Assembly: GCA_035627595.1 (NCBI GenBank) | Contig: DASPLK010000001.1 | Span: 69,619 to 133,618 of the forward strand | Source: Minisyncoccota bacterium | Lineage (GTDB): Bacteria; Patescibacteriota; Minisyncoccia; Phycocordibacterales; Phycocordibacteraceae | Direction: 5' to 3' | DNA length: 64,000 bases | Shown: positions 36,045 through 45,870 of the stretch, piece after piece | Layout: every line of letters starts with the position of its first letter | How positions within the stretch are numbered: position 1 is the stretch's first letter | The notes under the pieces: generated by a model | Database searches by the model: none | Told to the model about the DNA's origin: nothing | What the model saw: only the letters and a program-made list of their open reading frames with translations | Position numbers and translations under genes: made by a program

Positions 36045-37184
36045 ATGGAACCGCTCGCATCTCGTATACGTCCAAAGACACTTGATGAGTTCGTTGGGCA
36101 AGAGCATTTGGTAGGGGAGGGAAAGCCCTTGCGGGTTGCTATCGAGAAGAAGCATCGCTTTTCCTTCATCTTGTGGGGACCGCCTGGAACTGGGAAGACA
36201 ACGCTCGCGCGTATCTACGCGAACGCACTTGATGCAGAGCTACATGAACTATCCGCAGTGTCAGCGGGGAAGGAAGATATACGAAAGATCATCTCCAAGA
36301 GAGATGGGCTCTTTGGACGACCCCAGGTGCTTTTCCTCGATGAGATACATAGGTTCAACAAGAGTCAGCAGGACTTCCTCCTGCCGTACGTAGAAAGCGG
36401 CGCGCTCACCCTTATCGGCGCCACCACTGAGAACCCGTCCTTCGAGGTAATCCCAGCGCTCCTCTCTCGCGCCCGAGTGTTCGTGCTGGAGCCTATATCA
36501 GAGGAGTCCCTCAAAGCAATCGTAAAGCGTACGAAGCTAAAGCTAAATAGGGATGCCTTTGAGTGGCTAATGGGATATGCAAACGGTGACGCAAGGAAGG
36601 CACTTACCCTCCTTGAGGGTGTGGAGAGTCTCTACGGGAAAGTAACTGTTGAGAACCTCAACAAAGCGCTTGAATCGCCACACTTGCGGTACGACAAAAA
36701 GGGCGACGAACACTACGACACCATTAGCGCGTTCATTAAGAGCATGCGTGCCTCGCAACCTGATGCCGCTGTGTACTACCTAGCCCGCATGGTGGAGGCA
36801 GGAGAGGATCCCCTCTTCATTGCTCGCCGCATGGTCATATTTGCCTCGGAAGATATTGGGCTCGCACAGCCAACTGCGCTCGTGGTCGCAAATGCGGTCT
36901 TTAGGGCGTGCGAAACCATTGGATACCCTGAATGTGCAATAAATCTCGCACATGGCGTAGCGTATCTAGCAAACGCGCCAAAGACGAAGTCCTCATATGA
37001 TGCGCTACGTGCGGCCCAGGCTGACATCATGAAGCACGGTAATCTGCCTATTCCGAAGAAGATACGCAATGCGCCGACGAAGTTAATGAAAGAACTTGAG
37101 TACGGCAAGGGATACGAGAAGTACGACGAGGAGAGTTACCTTCCAGAGAAGCTAAAAAATAAGAAATACTTTAAGAACAAATAG
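36045..37184 (+). CDS. rarA: replication-associated recombination protein A (AAA+ ATPase RarA/MgsA)
   Basis: RPKTLDEFVGQEHL, Walker A GPPGTGKTTLA, LFLDEIHRFNK, C-terminal MgsA helical domain. Confidence 0.9.
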   Translation: MEPLASRIRPKTLDEFVGQEHLVGEGKPLRVAIEKKHRFSFILWGPPGTGKTTLARIYANALDAELHELSAVSAGKEDIRKIISKRDGLFGRPQVLFLDEIHRFNKSQQDFLLPYVESGALTLIGATTENPSFEVIPALLSRARVFVLEPISEESLKAIVKRTKLKLNRDAFEWLMGYANGDARKALTLLEGVESLYGKVTVENLNKALESPHLRYDKKGDEHYDTISAFIKSMRASQPDAAVYYLARMVEAGEDPLFIARRMVIFASEDIGLAQPTALVVANAVFRACETIGYPECAINLAHGVAYLANAPKTKSSYDALRAAQADIMKHGNLPIPKKIRNAPTKLMKELEYGKGYEKYDEESYLPEKLKNKKYFKNK

Positions 37185-37214
37185 AAAACACGTCGCAGTA
37201 CTGCGACGTGTTTT
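37185..37214. terminator. bidirectional terminator AAAACACGTCGCAG-ta-CTGCGACGTGTTTT
   Basis: 14 bp palindrome between convergent rarA and hup. Confidence 0.65.
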
Positions 37215-37228
37215 CTAAGAATTGAATA

Positions 37229-37501
37229 CTACTTAACTGCGTCCTTGAGCGCCTTTGCTGCGCGGAACTTCGGGGTGCGAGTTGCAGCGATCTTGATGGT
37301 TTCACCAGTGCGCGGGTTGCGGCCAGTGCGAGCCGGACGTGCCTTTGCACTGAAAATACCAAGACCTGCGATAGAAACCTCATCACCAGAGCTAAGGCCG
37401 GAAGTGATGGCGTCGATAACGGTCTCGACTGCACGGTCTGCGTCAGCGCGAGTGCCGCCGAGGACCTCCTGCACCTTTGCTACGATATCTGCTTTGTTCA
37501 T
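37229..37501 (-). CDS. hup: DNA-binding protein HU
   Basis: MNKADIVAKV...GFGTFE-like core, arm RNPRTGETIKIAATRTPKFRAAKALKDAV. Confidence 0.9.
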   Translation of the reverse strand: MNKADIVAKVQEVLGGTRADADRAVETVIDAITSGLSSGDEVSIAGLGIFSAKARPARTGRNPRTGETIKIAATRTPKFRAAKALKDAVK

Positions 37502-37652
37502 AGGGAGCGTTTAGGGTTAAAGAGTCACCCTTCTTGAGGGTATGCTAAAAAGTATAGGAAATGCGCCATTTTACGCAATACCTAGAAAAATGGGTGGGGA
37601 TAGCAAGAAAATAGGCCCCTGACACTTGCCAGGGGCCTATTTTCGTTTCGTA

Positions 37653-39161
37653 CTATCGCGCGTACTCCACCACGCGGTTCTCCCTAATGATGTTCACTTT
37701 GATCTCTCCTGGGTACTTAAGCTCTTCCTGCACGCGGGAAGCTATTTCCTTAGCCATTTTGTGCATCTGCAGGTCGGTGACCTTGCCCGGGTTCACAAAT
37801 ATGCGAATCTCGCGCCCCGCGGAGATGGCGTAGCTCTTTTCAACGCCTGGGAATCCGGATGCAATGCGCTCCAAATCGTTTAGGCGCTCAAGATAACGCT
37901 CGACGGTGTCGCGGCGCGCGCCTGGGCGCCCCGCGGAGATAGCATCCGCGACCTGCACAATGACAGACTCAGGCGTTTCATACGGATGCTCTTCGTGATG
38001 TGACTGCATTGCCTGGATAATACGTGTATCTACAGCGTATTTCTCAAGGATACGGCGACCGATCTCTACATGCGTACCCTGTACCTCATGGTCGACGGCT
38101 TTGCCGATATCATGGAGGAGCGCACCCGCCTTTGCGATTTCAGGATCTGCGCCTAGTTCCTCAGCAAGCATGCCAGCAATGTGTGCCATCTCGATTGAAT
38201 GCTGGAGTACGCTCTGACCGTAGCTGGTACGGAAGTGGAGGCGGCCGATAAGGGGAATAAGTCGCGGATCAAGACCAACAATGCCGACCTCATATGCTGC
38301 TTCCTCTCCCTTTTGCTTGATTATATCGTTCACGTCCTGACGGGTCTTCTCGACGGTCTCCTCTATCTTTGCTGGCTGGATGCGTCCATCCTCAATAAGC
38401 GTTTCAAGTGCAAGTTTTGCGATGTGCCGCCTCAAAGGGTCAAAGGATGAGAGTGTTATACGGTCCGGTGCATCATCGATAATGACATCGACGCCCGTAG
38501 CCTTCTCGAAAGTCTTAATATTGCGACCTTCCTTGCCGATGATTTTACCTTTCAATTCCTCCGAAGGAATGTTTACGGTGAGCGTCATGACTTCTGCATT
38601 CACCGGATTAGCCATGCGGTGAATGACCGAAAGAAGAATAGAGCGCGCTTTAGACTCAAGCTGCTTCTTGCCATGCGTGTCGAGCTTCTGCATACGGGAA
38701 AGAAGTGAGGTCTCATGCGCTTTCTCTACTTCGCGAAGAAGAATGGCACGCGCCTCCTCTTCAGTGAGGTTGGCTAGGTTCGCAAGCTCCGCACGGCGAT
38801 CTCTGAGGAGATTCTCCGCCTCCTTTCTAAGATTCGCTGCTTCAGTCTCGCGATTCTTCACGTCATCCGCTTCTTCGGTAATGTTGCGCTCGCGCTCATC
38901 AAGGAACGCTTCACGCTTCGCGAGACGCTCTTCGCGCTCGCGCAAAGGATCAAGGCGCTCCTCCTCAATCATTTCTGCCTCGTTGCGCGCTTCGTCGATG
39001 ATGCGGTCCGCCCGCTCCTTGGCCTCAAGAAGTTTGCGCTTCACCTCAAGCTCCAAAGAGCCGCGCTGGCCGAGCGCAATGAGGAGTCGCAAGACATAGC
39101 CGAGTGCAATCCCTGCCATACCAGATACGGCAAGCAGGATGAGAACTAGTTTTATAGACAT
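37653..39161 (-). CDS. rny: ribonuclease Y (TM, coiled coil, KH, HD)
   Basis: N-terminal TM, KH region (VNIPSEELKGKIIGKEGRNIKTFEKATGVDVII), HD domain LLHDIGKAVDHE. Confidence 0.9.
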   Translation of the reverse strand: MSIKLVLILLAVSGMAGIALGYVLRLLIALGQRGSLELEVKRKLLEAKERADRIIDEARNEAEMIEEERLDPLREREERLAKREAFLDERERNITEEADDVKNRETEAANLRKEAENLLRDRRAELANLANLTEEEARAILLREVEKAHETSLLSRMQKLDTHGKKQLESKARSILLSVIHRMANPVNAEVMTLTVNIPSEELKGKIIGKEGRNIKTFEKATGVDVIIDDAPDRITLSSFDPLRRHIAKLALETLIEDGRIQPAKIEETVEKTRQDVNDIIKQKGEEAAYEVGIVGLDPRLIPLIGRLHFRTSYGQSVLQHSIEMAHIAGMLAEELGADPEIAKAGALLHDIGKAVDHEVQGTHVEIGRRILEKYAVDTRIIQAMQSHHEEHPYETPESVIVQVADAISAGRPGARRDTVERYLERLNDLERIASGFPGVEKSYAISAGREIRIFVNPGKVTDLQMHKMAKEIASRVQEELKYPGEIKVNIIRENRVVEYAR

Positions 39162-39323
39162 AACACGGTTTCAGTCCTTTCCCGGGCGCGGGCTCGAGAA
39201 AGGCTCGATAAAATCAAAGTAATAAGCCCAGCACAAATTCACCATACGCCAAAAGGATGGCAGAGCCAAGTTTCGCAGAATCCTCATGTGATTTAGGTGT
39301 GCTGCCTGGTACCATGCGGGTAT

Positions 39324-40103
39324 ATGGGGGAGAAAATGCCGCAATCAGCTGCAAAGGTCGAGTCTATGGAAGCGACGCTCAGTCAGGCGGAGAAAGCTGC
39401 CATTAGTGAGCTCGCGTTTCCTATCCAGCGCATCCTAAGCCAGATCGAGCCAGAGCTCGAGGAAGGAGCGTACCGCGTTATTATCGGTGACGACGTGTCT
39501 GGCCGCATCCCAGCGATAATTATGAACGAGGCGGTCGCGAAGATATATAAAGCATATGGGCACCCTGCGCCCATGCTCCGATTCGTTGCAGGAGGGCGCC
39601 GCCCTGGCGAGCATGGATTGGATAGTAGAGATAGATCGAACGATATGAAGGAGCGCGTGCGAGGATTCAGTGGTGAACTATTGCAGAAGGAGGATAATCC
39701 TCGTGCGCTATTGGTAACTGAGGCGGTGGCGACAGGTGCTGCCATGCAAATGGTGACTGGTGCCTTGCAGAATGAGCGTATTAAGACGGATATTGCTGCA
39801 CTCGGTTTCATTGGTAAGCATGTTGAGAATGGAATTGAGGACCTTGAGCAAGTTAAGGCAAAGTTACATGGTGCTCGGCTTATTATAGGTACCGAGAATC
39901 TTCCGAGCTTATATGGAGACAGAAACCTGCGTTTGTTGCAGGGAGTCGCAAAGGAACATGGTTCCTCGACCTCGACGCGTCTCACAGACTACGAAATCCA
40001 CCGAGACGACGTCCCCTATATACAAGGAAAGATTAATGCCGCGCGAGTACTTGCAACCAAAGTCGGAAGCGATGTCGCGGACGTATATCTTGCGGGTAAA
40101 TAA
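39324..40103 (+). CDS. hypothetical protein with a degenerate phosphoribosyltransferase-like PRPP motif
   Basis: ALLVTEAVATGAAM resembles the type-I PRTase motif hhhhVDDvxxTGxT; start uncertain (track GTG 39297; ATGs at 39324 and 39336). Confidence 0.35.
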   Translation: MGEKMPQSAAKVESMEATLSQAEKAAISELAFPIQRILSQIEPELEEGAYRVIIGDDVSGRIPAIIMNEAVAKIYKAYGHPAPMLRFVAGGRRPGEHGLDSRDRSNDMKERVRGFSGELLQKEDNPRALLVTEAVATGAAMQMVTGALQNERIKTDIAALGFIGKHVENGIEDLEQVKAKLHGARLIIGTENLPSLYGDRNLRLLQGVAKEHGSSTSTRLTDYEIHRDDVPYIQGKINAARVLATKVGSDVADVYLAGK

Positions 40104-40135
40104 GAAACGAGCCGCATAGGAGCGGCTCGTTTCTT
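40104..40135 (+). terminator. terminator GAAACGAGCCGC-atagg-GCGGCTCGTTTC
   Basis: inverted repeat immediately after the stop at 40101-40103. Confidence 0.55.
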
Positions 40136-40146
40136 AGGAACATTAA

Positions 40147-40725
40147 CTACTTGCTCTTGTATACCTGATCGATGATGCCGTACTTCTTGGCTTCGTCTGC
40201 GGTCAGGAAGAAGTCACGGTCCACATCGCGTTCGATCTTCTCCAAAGGCTGACCGCTCTGCTTGGCCAGAATCTTGTTCAAACGGTCGCGAAGGGAAAGG
40301 ATGCGCTTAGCGCTGATCTCGATATCGGATGCCTGACCCTCAGCGCCGCCATGAGGCTGATGGATCATGATGTCGGCGTTCGGGAGCGCAAAGCGTTTGC
40401 CCTTTGCGCCGCTGGCGAGGATGATAGAGCCCATTGATGCCGCCATACCGACTGCAACAGTCGCGACGTCAGGCTTTACATGGTTCATCGCATCCACGAT
40501 AGCGAGTCCCGAGTGTACGTGTCCGCCCGGAGAGTTCACATAAAGGAAGATGTCCTTCTTGGGATCCTCAGCTTCAAGGAATAGAAGCTGTGAGATGATG
40601 AGGTTCGCCACTTCATCATTGATGCCGCCGCCAAGGAACACGATGCGCTCTCGGAGGAGGCGGGAATAGATGTCGTATGCCCGTTCACCAAACTGCGACT
40701 TCTCGATGACCATAGGCACGAGCAT
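40147..40725 (-). CDS. clpP: ATP-dependent Clp protease proteolytic subunit
   Basis: [33 protein letters not shown]...NSPGG..., Ser-His-Asp context ([15 protein letters not shown]); ATG at 40725 by alignment to canonical ClpP N-termini (alternative 40755); the 107-codon track extension is spurious. Confidence 0.85.
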   Translation of the reverse strand: MLVPMVIEKSQFGERAYDIYSRLLRERIVFLGGGINDEVANLIISQLLFLEAEDPKKDIFLYVNSPGGHVHSGLAIVDAMNHVKPDVATVAVGMAASMGSIILASGAKGKRFALPNADIMIHQPHGGAEGQASDIEISAKRILSLRDRLNKILAKQSGQPLEKIERDVDRDFFLTADEAKKYGIIDQVYKSK

Positions 40726-40780
40726 ATTTGCGGAGGGGATAGCGGTGTTTCTCATAGATACGCATAGTACCAAAATTGAG

Positions 40781-40804
40781 AGGGATAGGAAAAAACCGCG
40801 GTTT
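40781..40804 (-). terminator. minus-strand terminator CCGCGG-aaaa-CCGCGG plus T5
   Basis: self-complementary CCGCGG pair; lies between the small membrane ORF and clpP. Confidence 0.45.
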
Positions 40805-40817
40805 TCCGCGGCCTCTC

Positions 40818-41012
40818 CTAGTATCGTTGGCTCTCGATAAGCTCCAGGTACGCTCTCTCCTCCGCGATACGCTTGCCCCAGGCATAGAAGGCACCAGTGA
40901 CGATCATCGCCAAGAGCACGATGATGACGAAGACGGTGCCCCAGGACGCGTTCTTGCTCGCTGCTTCCTGGACCTGGCGTACATGTTCCTGTAGTTCGGG
41001 ACTTTGTTCCAT
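40818..41012 (-). CDS. small single-TM protein (64 aa), hypothetical
   Basis: [53 protein letters not shown]...; bracketed by terminator-like hairpins on both sides. Confidence 0.4.
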   Translation of the reverse strand: MEQSPELQEHVRQVQEAASKNASWGTVFVIIVLLAMIVTGAFYAWGKRIAEERAYLELIESQRY

Positions 41013-41050
41013 GGTGAGTAGTATACAACCGTGTTGGAAGTTCCATAACG

Positions 41051-41080
41051 CAAAGCGCCCCGATTGCTCGGGGCGCTTTG
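41051..41080 (-). terminator. hairpin CAAAGCGCCCCG-attgct-CGGGGCGCTTTG 3' of ppa
   Basis: 12 bp inverted repeat; weak U-tract. Confidence 0.45.
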
Positions 41081-41093
41081 CTAAGAGTAAGTG

Positions 41094-41612
41094 TTACTTC
41101 TTGTCCTGGTACATCTGTACCGCACGGATGAATGCTGCTTCCGCAGCGTTCTTTCCCTCAAACTCACCAACCTCTACCTCCTTCTTCTGGATCTGCTTGT
41201 AGGTTGCGAAGAAGTGGGCAATTTCCTTTACCGTGTGCTTGTTGATGTCCTGGAGATCCTGTACATCACTGAAGCGTGGGTCATCTACTGGAACTGCAAT
41301 GACCTTCTCATCAGCTTCGCCGCCATCGATCATGTGCATGATCGCGACCGGGCGCGCACGCACAAGGATGCCGGGGAGCAGCGGGTATGTGGTGAGCAGC
41401 ACCACATCGAGCGCATCGCCATCGTCCCATAGGGTCTGCGGCACAAAGCCGTAGTCAAAGGGATAATCCTGTGCGCTGTGCATCACACGATCTAGTGCGA
41501 TGATGCCGGTCTTTTTGTCGATTTCGTACTTGTTCTTCGAGCCGCGGTTGATCTCGACGATGACGTTCATCTCGCCTGAAGAACCGGGAGCGATGTCGTG
41601 AAGTAGGTTCAT
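41094..41612 (-). CDS. ppa: inorganic pyrophosphatase (family I)
   Basis: [14 protein letters not shown]..., [10 protein letters not shown], ...[11 protein letters not shown]. Confidence 0.9.
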   Translation of the reverse strand: MNLLHDIAPGSSGEMNVIVEINRGSKNKYEIDKKTGIIALDRVMHSAQDYPFDYGFVPQTLWDDGDALDVVLLTTYPLLPGILVRARPVAIMHMIDGGEADEKVIAVPVDDPRFSDVQDLQDINKHTVKEIAHFFATYKQIQKKEVEVGEFEGKNAAEAAFIRAVQMYQDKK

Positions 41613-41624
41613 ACGACAATAATA

Positions 41625-43055
41625 CTATGCCTGATTCTCTGCCTGGCTCTCGGTGGTGACGTCGCGGTCTTCCATGTTGACCGGCGTACCATCGTCAGAG
41701 AGCGTAGTCTCCTCTTCCATAGTAAGTGTAGTCTGAGACTCATTCTCCTCAGAGGTGATGACCGACTCAGTTTCACCAGAGTCGACACCCGCCTCCTTTG
41801 CAGGGTCATTCTCTGCATCTTCCTCAGCCTCTTCAAGTGCAATCTCAGCGTCAGCGACGCGCACTTCGCCCGGGCGTGGCGCATCCTGATTCACAGACAC
41901 CTCCTCTCCGTTACTTTCCGCGACATTCTCGCCGGCTACCGACTTGATGTCGATGTTCCAACCAGTGAGCTTTGCTGCTAAGCGTACGTTCTGTCCTCCG
42001 CGACCAATAGCAAGGGACTGCTGATCCTCAGAGACGGTGACAGTTGCGCGGTGATCAGCCTCGTCGAGTTCTACGTCGATGACGGTAGCAGGGGAGAGCG
42101 CCTCCTTAATGAATGCGGACTGATCTTCAGACCACTCGATGATGTCGATGCGCTCGCCACCTAGTGCACCCATGACGGTTGAAACGCGGACACCCCTCTG
42201 TCCCACAAGGGAACCGACCGGGTCGACATGCGGATCAAGGGATGCAATTGCGATCTTTGTGCGGGAACCTGGTTCACGCGCGAGTCCCTTCACTTCAATA
42301 GCGCCTGACGCGAGCTCAGGTGCCTCCATTTCAAACAGCTTCACGAGGAACTTCGGGTGGGAACGGGAAAGGCGAAGGTATACGCCGCGGAATCCTTCGT
42401 CTACCGCGTAGAGGTACGCCTGGATGCGCTCACCATTACGATAGCGCTCGCCCGGAATCTGCTCCTCGTACGGAATGATGCCGGTTGCACGGCCGAGGTC
42501 GATAAAGATAGCGCCGCGCTCAACGCGCTGCACGATACCAGAAACGATCTCACCCTTTTTGTGGCCGAATTCGTCGAGAATAGAAAGCTTCTCAGCCTCC
42601 CTGATTTTCTGGATAACGACCTGCTTTGCGGTCTGGGCTGCGATGCGGCCGAAATCGTCCTGGGGCTCAAGCGGGAAGACAATTTCACTACCAAGAACCG
42701 CGTCGCGCTTGATGCGCTTCGCGTCCTCAAGGAGCATGTGCTTCTCGCTATCGTAGCGGGGAAGCTCACCCTCAAGCACTTCCTCGTGCTCCTGGTGTGG
42801 GTGCGCCTCCTCGATGACCTCATCAGGCTCGGGGAAACGGACCATAGTTTCATCAACGATGGTCTTTACCTGCTCAAAGGACACCGTACCGGTGTTCATA
42901 TCAAGCTTGGCATGCACGACTTGGCCGCGCTTTCCGTATTCCTTCTTGTACGCAGTCGCCATCGCAGACTCGATCGCTTCGATCATCGTCTCTTTGGAGA
43001 TGCCCCGCTCTTCGAACTCGCCCAGAACCAGATTGATTGTCTTTAGGTCCAACAT
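41625..43055 (-). CDS. nusA: transcription termination/antitermination factor NusA with acidic C-terminal extension
   Basis: NusA N-domain, S1 and 2xKH pattern (GEIVSGIVQRVERGAIFIDLGRA..., IGRGGQNVRLAAKLTGWNIDI), acidic tail. Confidence 0.9.
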   Translation of the reverse strand: MLDLKTINLVLGEFEERGISKETMIEAIESAMATAYKKEYGKRGQVVHAKLDMNTGTVSFEQVKTIVDETMVRFPEPDEVIEEAHPHQEHEEVLEGELPRYDSEKHMLLEDAKRIKRDAVLGSEIVFPLEPQDDFGRIAAQTAKQVVIQKIREAEKLSILDEFGHKKGEIVSGIVQRVERGAIFIDLGRATGIIPYEEQIPGERYRNGERIQAYLYAVDEGFRGVYLRLSRSHPKFLVKLFEMEAPELASGAIEVKGLAREPGSRTKIAIASLDPHVDPVGSLVGQRGVRVSTVMGALGGERIDIIEWSEDQSAFIKEALSPATVIDVELDEADHRATVTVSEDQQSLAIGRGGQNVRLAAKLTGWNIDIKSVAGENVAESNGEEVSVNQDAPRPGEVRVADAEIALEEAEEDAENDPAKEAGVDSGETESVITSEENESQTTLTMEEETTLSDDGTPVNMEDRDVTTESQAENQA

Positions 43056-43164
43056 ACTTCCGATATTTAGTTGTATCGCCCGGGTTTCTTAAAAAGAAAG
43101 GCCCGCGGGAGCGGACATTTCAGATATTGGAAGGATACCATTCCTATATATAGTGTCAATGAAG

Positions 43165-43199
43165 AAATATTGACATATATAGGATGTAAGTCATTATAT
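43165..43199 (+). promoter_or_regulatory. candidate sigma70 promoter TTGACA-17-ATTATA overlapped by an inverted repeat GTCAAT-N8-ATTGAC
   Basis: in the AT-rich 450 bp nusA/pil intergenic region; the inverted repeat spans the -35 element. Confidence 0.4.
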
Positions 43200-43281
43200 A
43201 GACACTGCTTATGGGATAACACCCAGTCATCGAAACGATGGCGAAGCATAGCTCTTTGCCATCCTTGGGGGAAATATCATC

Positions 43282-43467
43282 ATGCAACGTTCCAATGACC
43301 GCGCGTCGGCTGAGGCTGATGATCATCGGGCCATCAACGGCGAGGTGCAGGCTGAAGGAAAGACCTCGAGCTTCTTTCCGATCCTCGGCATCGTTTTTCT
43401 CGGCGTCATCGCAATGACCGTGATGATCCTCGCGGGTCACCAACATCCGCAGCCTTTTCTCGGGTGA
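43282..43467 (+). CDS. small single-TM protein (61 aa), hypothetical
   Basis: SD GGGGGA 9 nt upstream of the ATG; TM FFPILGIVFLGVIAMTVMILAG; higher GC than neighbours. Confidence 0.45.
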   Translation: MQRSNDRASAEADDHRAINGEVQAEGKTSSFFPILGIVFLGVIAMTVMILAGHQHPQPFLG

Positions 43468-43588
43468 ACGATAGATCAAGACTCCAAGGAAACGCGCCCC
43501 AATGCTTCGGCAGCGGAGCGTGTTTTCTGTTTCATACACATATATAGGTACGAACGAAGTTCATGCGCTGCGTTATACTTTGTTGAGC

Positions 43589-45340
43589 ATGCAAGTTTCA
43601 GAGCGAGAGCTGAAGGAGTTCATCATCGATTCGGGACTTGTTGCCCGAAAGGACGTCGATGCTGCAGAGCAGGAAGCAAAGGCGCGGAAGCAATCCGTGG
43701 GCGACGTACTTGTTTCTCAGGGCTCCCTTTCTGAAGATGCGCTCCGCCGCATCAAAGCGTACGTACTCGGCATCCCATTTGTGAACCTGAAGGATAAAAA
43801 GATACCCTTCGAAGTGCTCTCTCTTATTCCTGAGCCGATTGCACGCACGCACAACATTGTCGCGTTCAGAAAAGATGGCGACACGCTTGAGGTCGCGATG
43901 CTTGATACTGAGGACCTTGTATCAATCGATTCGGTAAAGAAGAAGACACGGCTCAAGATTATGCCGCGCCTAACTGACGACGATTCGCTCAGAAACGTGC
44001 TTCTGCAGTATCAGAAGTCCCTAAAGGAAGAGTTCGGCGATCTTATTTCTACTGAAGCAGGGAAGCTCTCCTTGGTAAAAGACGGGGCAACCGACGAGGT
44101 ATCAGAGAAAGATCTTAAGAAGCTGGCGGAGGATCTGCCGATCGTCCGCATTATCGATACGCTCTTGCGGCACGCAATTATCCAAAACGCATCTGACATT
44201 CATATTGAGCCAGCTGAGCACGAAGTCATTGTGCGGTACCGCATTGACGGCATATTGCATGATGCGATGACACTCCCTAAAAATGCTGCGTCCGGTATCG
44301 TCGCGCGTATCAAAGTGCTCTCCAACTTGAAGTTGGATGAGAAGCGACTTCCGCAAGACGGACGCTTCAAGATGGAGACCGAGCGCGACAAGGTGTCGTT
44401 CCGCGTATCCCTGCTGCCGGTATATTTTGGCGAGAAAGTTGTCATGCGCCTCCTTAGGGAGAGCGGCGAAGGGTTTACACTCGAGGGTCTTGGCTTCCAT
44501 GGCGAGAATCTAGAGCGCATACATCATGCAACCAAGCAGACAACCGGCATCATTCTTGTATCAGGCCCAACCGGCTCCGGAAAGACGACAACCCTCTATA
44601 CGATTCTCGATATTCTCAATACGCCTGACGTAAACATCTCCACCATTGAGGATCCGATCGAGTACCAGATGAAGCGGGTGAACCAAACGCAGGTGAATCC
44701 GGCGATCGGCTTCTCGTTCGCCAATGGACTCCGTGCGCTTCTTAGACAGGACCCGAACATCATCATGGTCGGCGAGATTCGTGATAGCGAGACGGCAGCG
44801 CTTGCGATTAACGCGGCACTCACCGGACACATCGTGCTCTCAACTATTCACACGAACTCAGCGACCGGCGCAATTCCGCGTCTCATGGATATGGGCGTTG
44901 AGCCGTTTCTTCTAGTTTCCACGCTTCGCGCGGTTGTGGGCCAGCGACTTGTTCGCCGTCTTTGCGATGATAAGGAGGAGTATGCGCTCGATAAGATTGA
45001 ACGAGAGAAGGTCGCATCCCCAGAGCATTTTGATGCAGCATTGAAAGCCCTTACCGACGAGAAGCTTGTAAAGGCAGGAACTAAGATTGATGCACTGCCG
45101 TTCTATAAGCCAAAGGAGGGGGGTGATTGCGAAGAGGGATACAAGGGCCGTATGGGTATCCATGAGGTGCTCGCCGTTTCTCCTTCTATTCGCGAACTCA
45201 TCCTTCACGGAGCGTCTGGTGATCAGATTGAAGCGCAAGCAAGAAAAGAAGGAATGCTTACCATGCTCGAAGATGGCATTTATAAGGCATCGAGAGGCAT
45301 CACCTCACTAGAGGAGGTATTGCGCGCTGTTTCTGAATAA
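43589..45340 (+). CDS. pilB: type IV pilus assembly ATPase PilB/GspE family
   Basis: GSPII_E N-domain, Walker A GPTGSGKTTTLY, Asp box, Walker B IMVGEIRD, His box, tetracysteine-like CDDKEEYALD...C; ATG at 43589. Confidence 0.9.
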   Translation: MQVSERELKEFIIDSGLVARKDVDAAEQEAKARKQSVGDVLVSQGSLSEDALRRIKAYVLGIPFVNLKDKKIPFEVLSLIPEPIARTHNIVAFRKDGDTLEVAMLDTEDLVSIDSVKKKTRLKIMPRLTDDDSLRNVLLQYQKSLKEEFGDLISTEAGKLSLVKDGATDEVSEKDLKKLAEDLPIVRIIDTLLRHAIIQNASDIHIEPAEHEVIVRYRIDGILHDAMTLPKNAASGIVARIKVLSNLKLDEKRLPQDGRFKMETERDKVSFRVSLLPVYFGEKVVMRLLRESGEGFTLEGLGFHGENLERIHHATKQTTGIILVSGPTGSGKTTTLYTILDILNTPDVNISTIEDPIEYQMKRVNQTQVNPAIGFSFANGLRALLRQDPNIIMVGEIRDSETAALAINAALTGHIVLSTIHTNSATGAIPRLMDMGVEPFLLVSTLRAVVGQRLVRRLCDDKEEYALDKIEREKVASPEHFDAALKALTDEKLVKAGTKIDALPFYKPKEGGDCEEGYKGRMGIHEVLAVSPSIRELILHGASGDQIEAQARKEGMLTMLEDGIYKASRGITSLEEVLRAVSE

Positions 45341-45427
45341 TTTGATTTGCGCGGTTTGCGTTGTATAGTCATTTTGGGTTGTATCCCGTGTGTAGGCTGT
45401 TCTATGCGCGTATAAGGGGAATTAAGC

Positions 45428-45793
45428 ATGAAAGGTGTAACTCTTGAAAGTGTGGTGACTGCAATGGTCGCCGCTGGGCTTCTGGGCTGGGTCGCTTCTG
45501 ACATCGTGGGCCTGACCAACATCTGGCACCTGTTGCCGGATGTTTGGGACAACGCATTCATCGCGAGTCTGCTGGCGTCCGTCGTTGCTTTGGGCGGCCC
45601 GAGAGTTTTCGACAAGCTCTTGGCCTGGTGGGCGATCATCATCGTTCCGCCCGTTACGGCGGCCGTCGCCGTGATCAACGGCATTGCTGTGCCGTCAGGC
45701 GTCTTGATCACGATCGTCATGACCTTCGCGGTTTGCGCCGGCGTCCTCGTGGCCAACCACTGGTTTGGCCGAAAGGAAGCCATTGCGGCCTGA
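45428..45793 (+). CDS. polytopic small membrane protein (121 aa), hypothetical, between pilB and pilC
   Basis: SD AAGGGGA 7 nt upstream; 3-4 TM helices; about 60% GC with strong GC3 bias; hairpin GGCCGGG...CCGGCC plus T-rich run at 45814-45846 downstream. Confidence 0.55.
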   Translation: MKGVTLESVVTAMVAAGLLGWVASDIVGLTNIWHLLPDVWDNAFIASLLASVVALGGPRVFDKLLAWWAIIIVPPVTAAVAVINGIAVPSGVLITIVMTFAVCAGVLVANHWFGRKEAIAA

Positions 45794-45870
45794 CTTCTCG
45801 TCACTGCGCTCAAGGCCGGGTCTCATTGGGATCCGGCCTTTCGCTTTGTCTGCGTGCTAAGATTTTCGTA

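Noticed and set aside
40726-41046. 107-codon N-terminal extension of clpP in the ORF track.
   Set aside because: Alignment to canonical ClpP puts the start at MLVPMVIE (40725). The extension crosses a terminator hairpin and overlaps a more plausible small membrane ORF on the same strand in another frame.
45544-45870. N-terminal 109-codon extension of pilC.
   Set aside because: The extension is Arg/His-rich junk overlapping the 45428-45793 membrane-protein gene and a hairpin. The ATG at 45871 gives a canonical PilC N-terminus.
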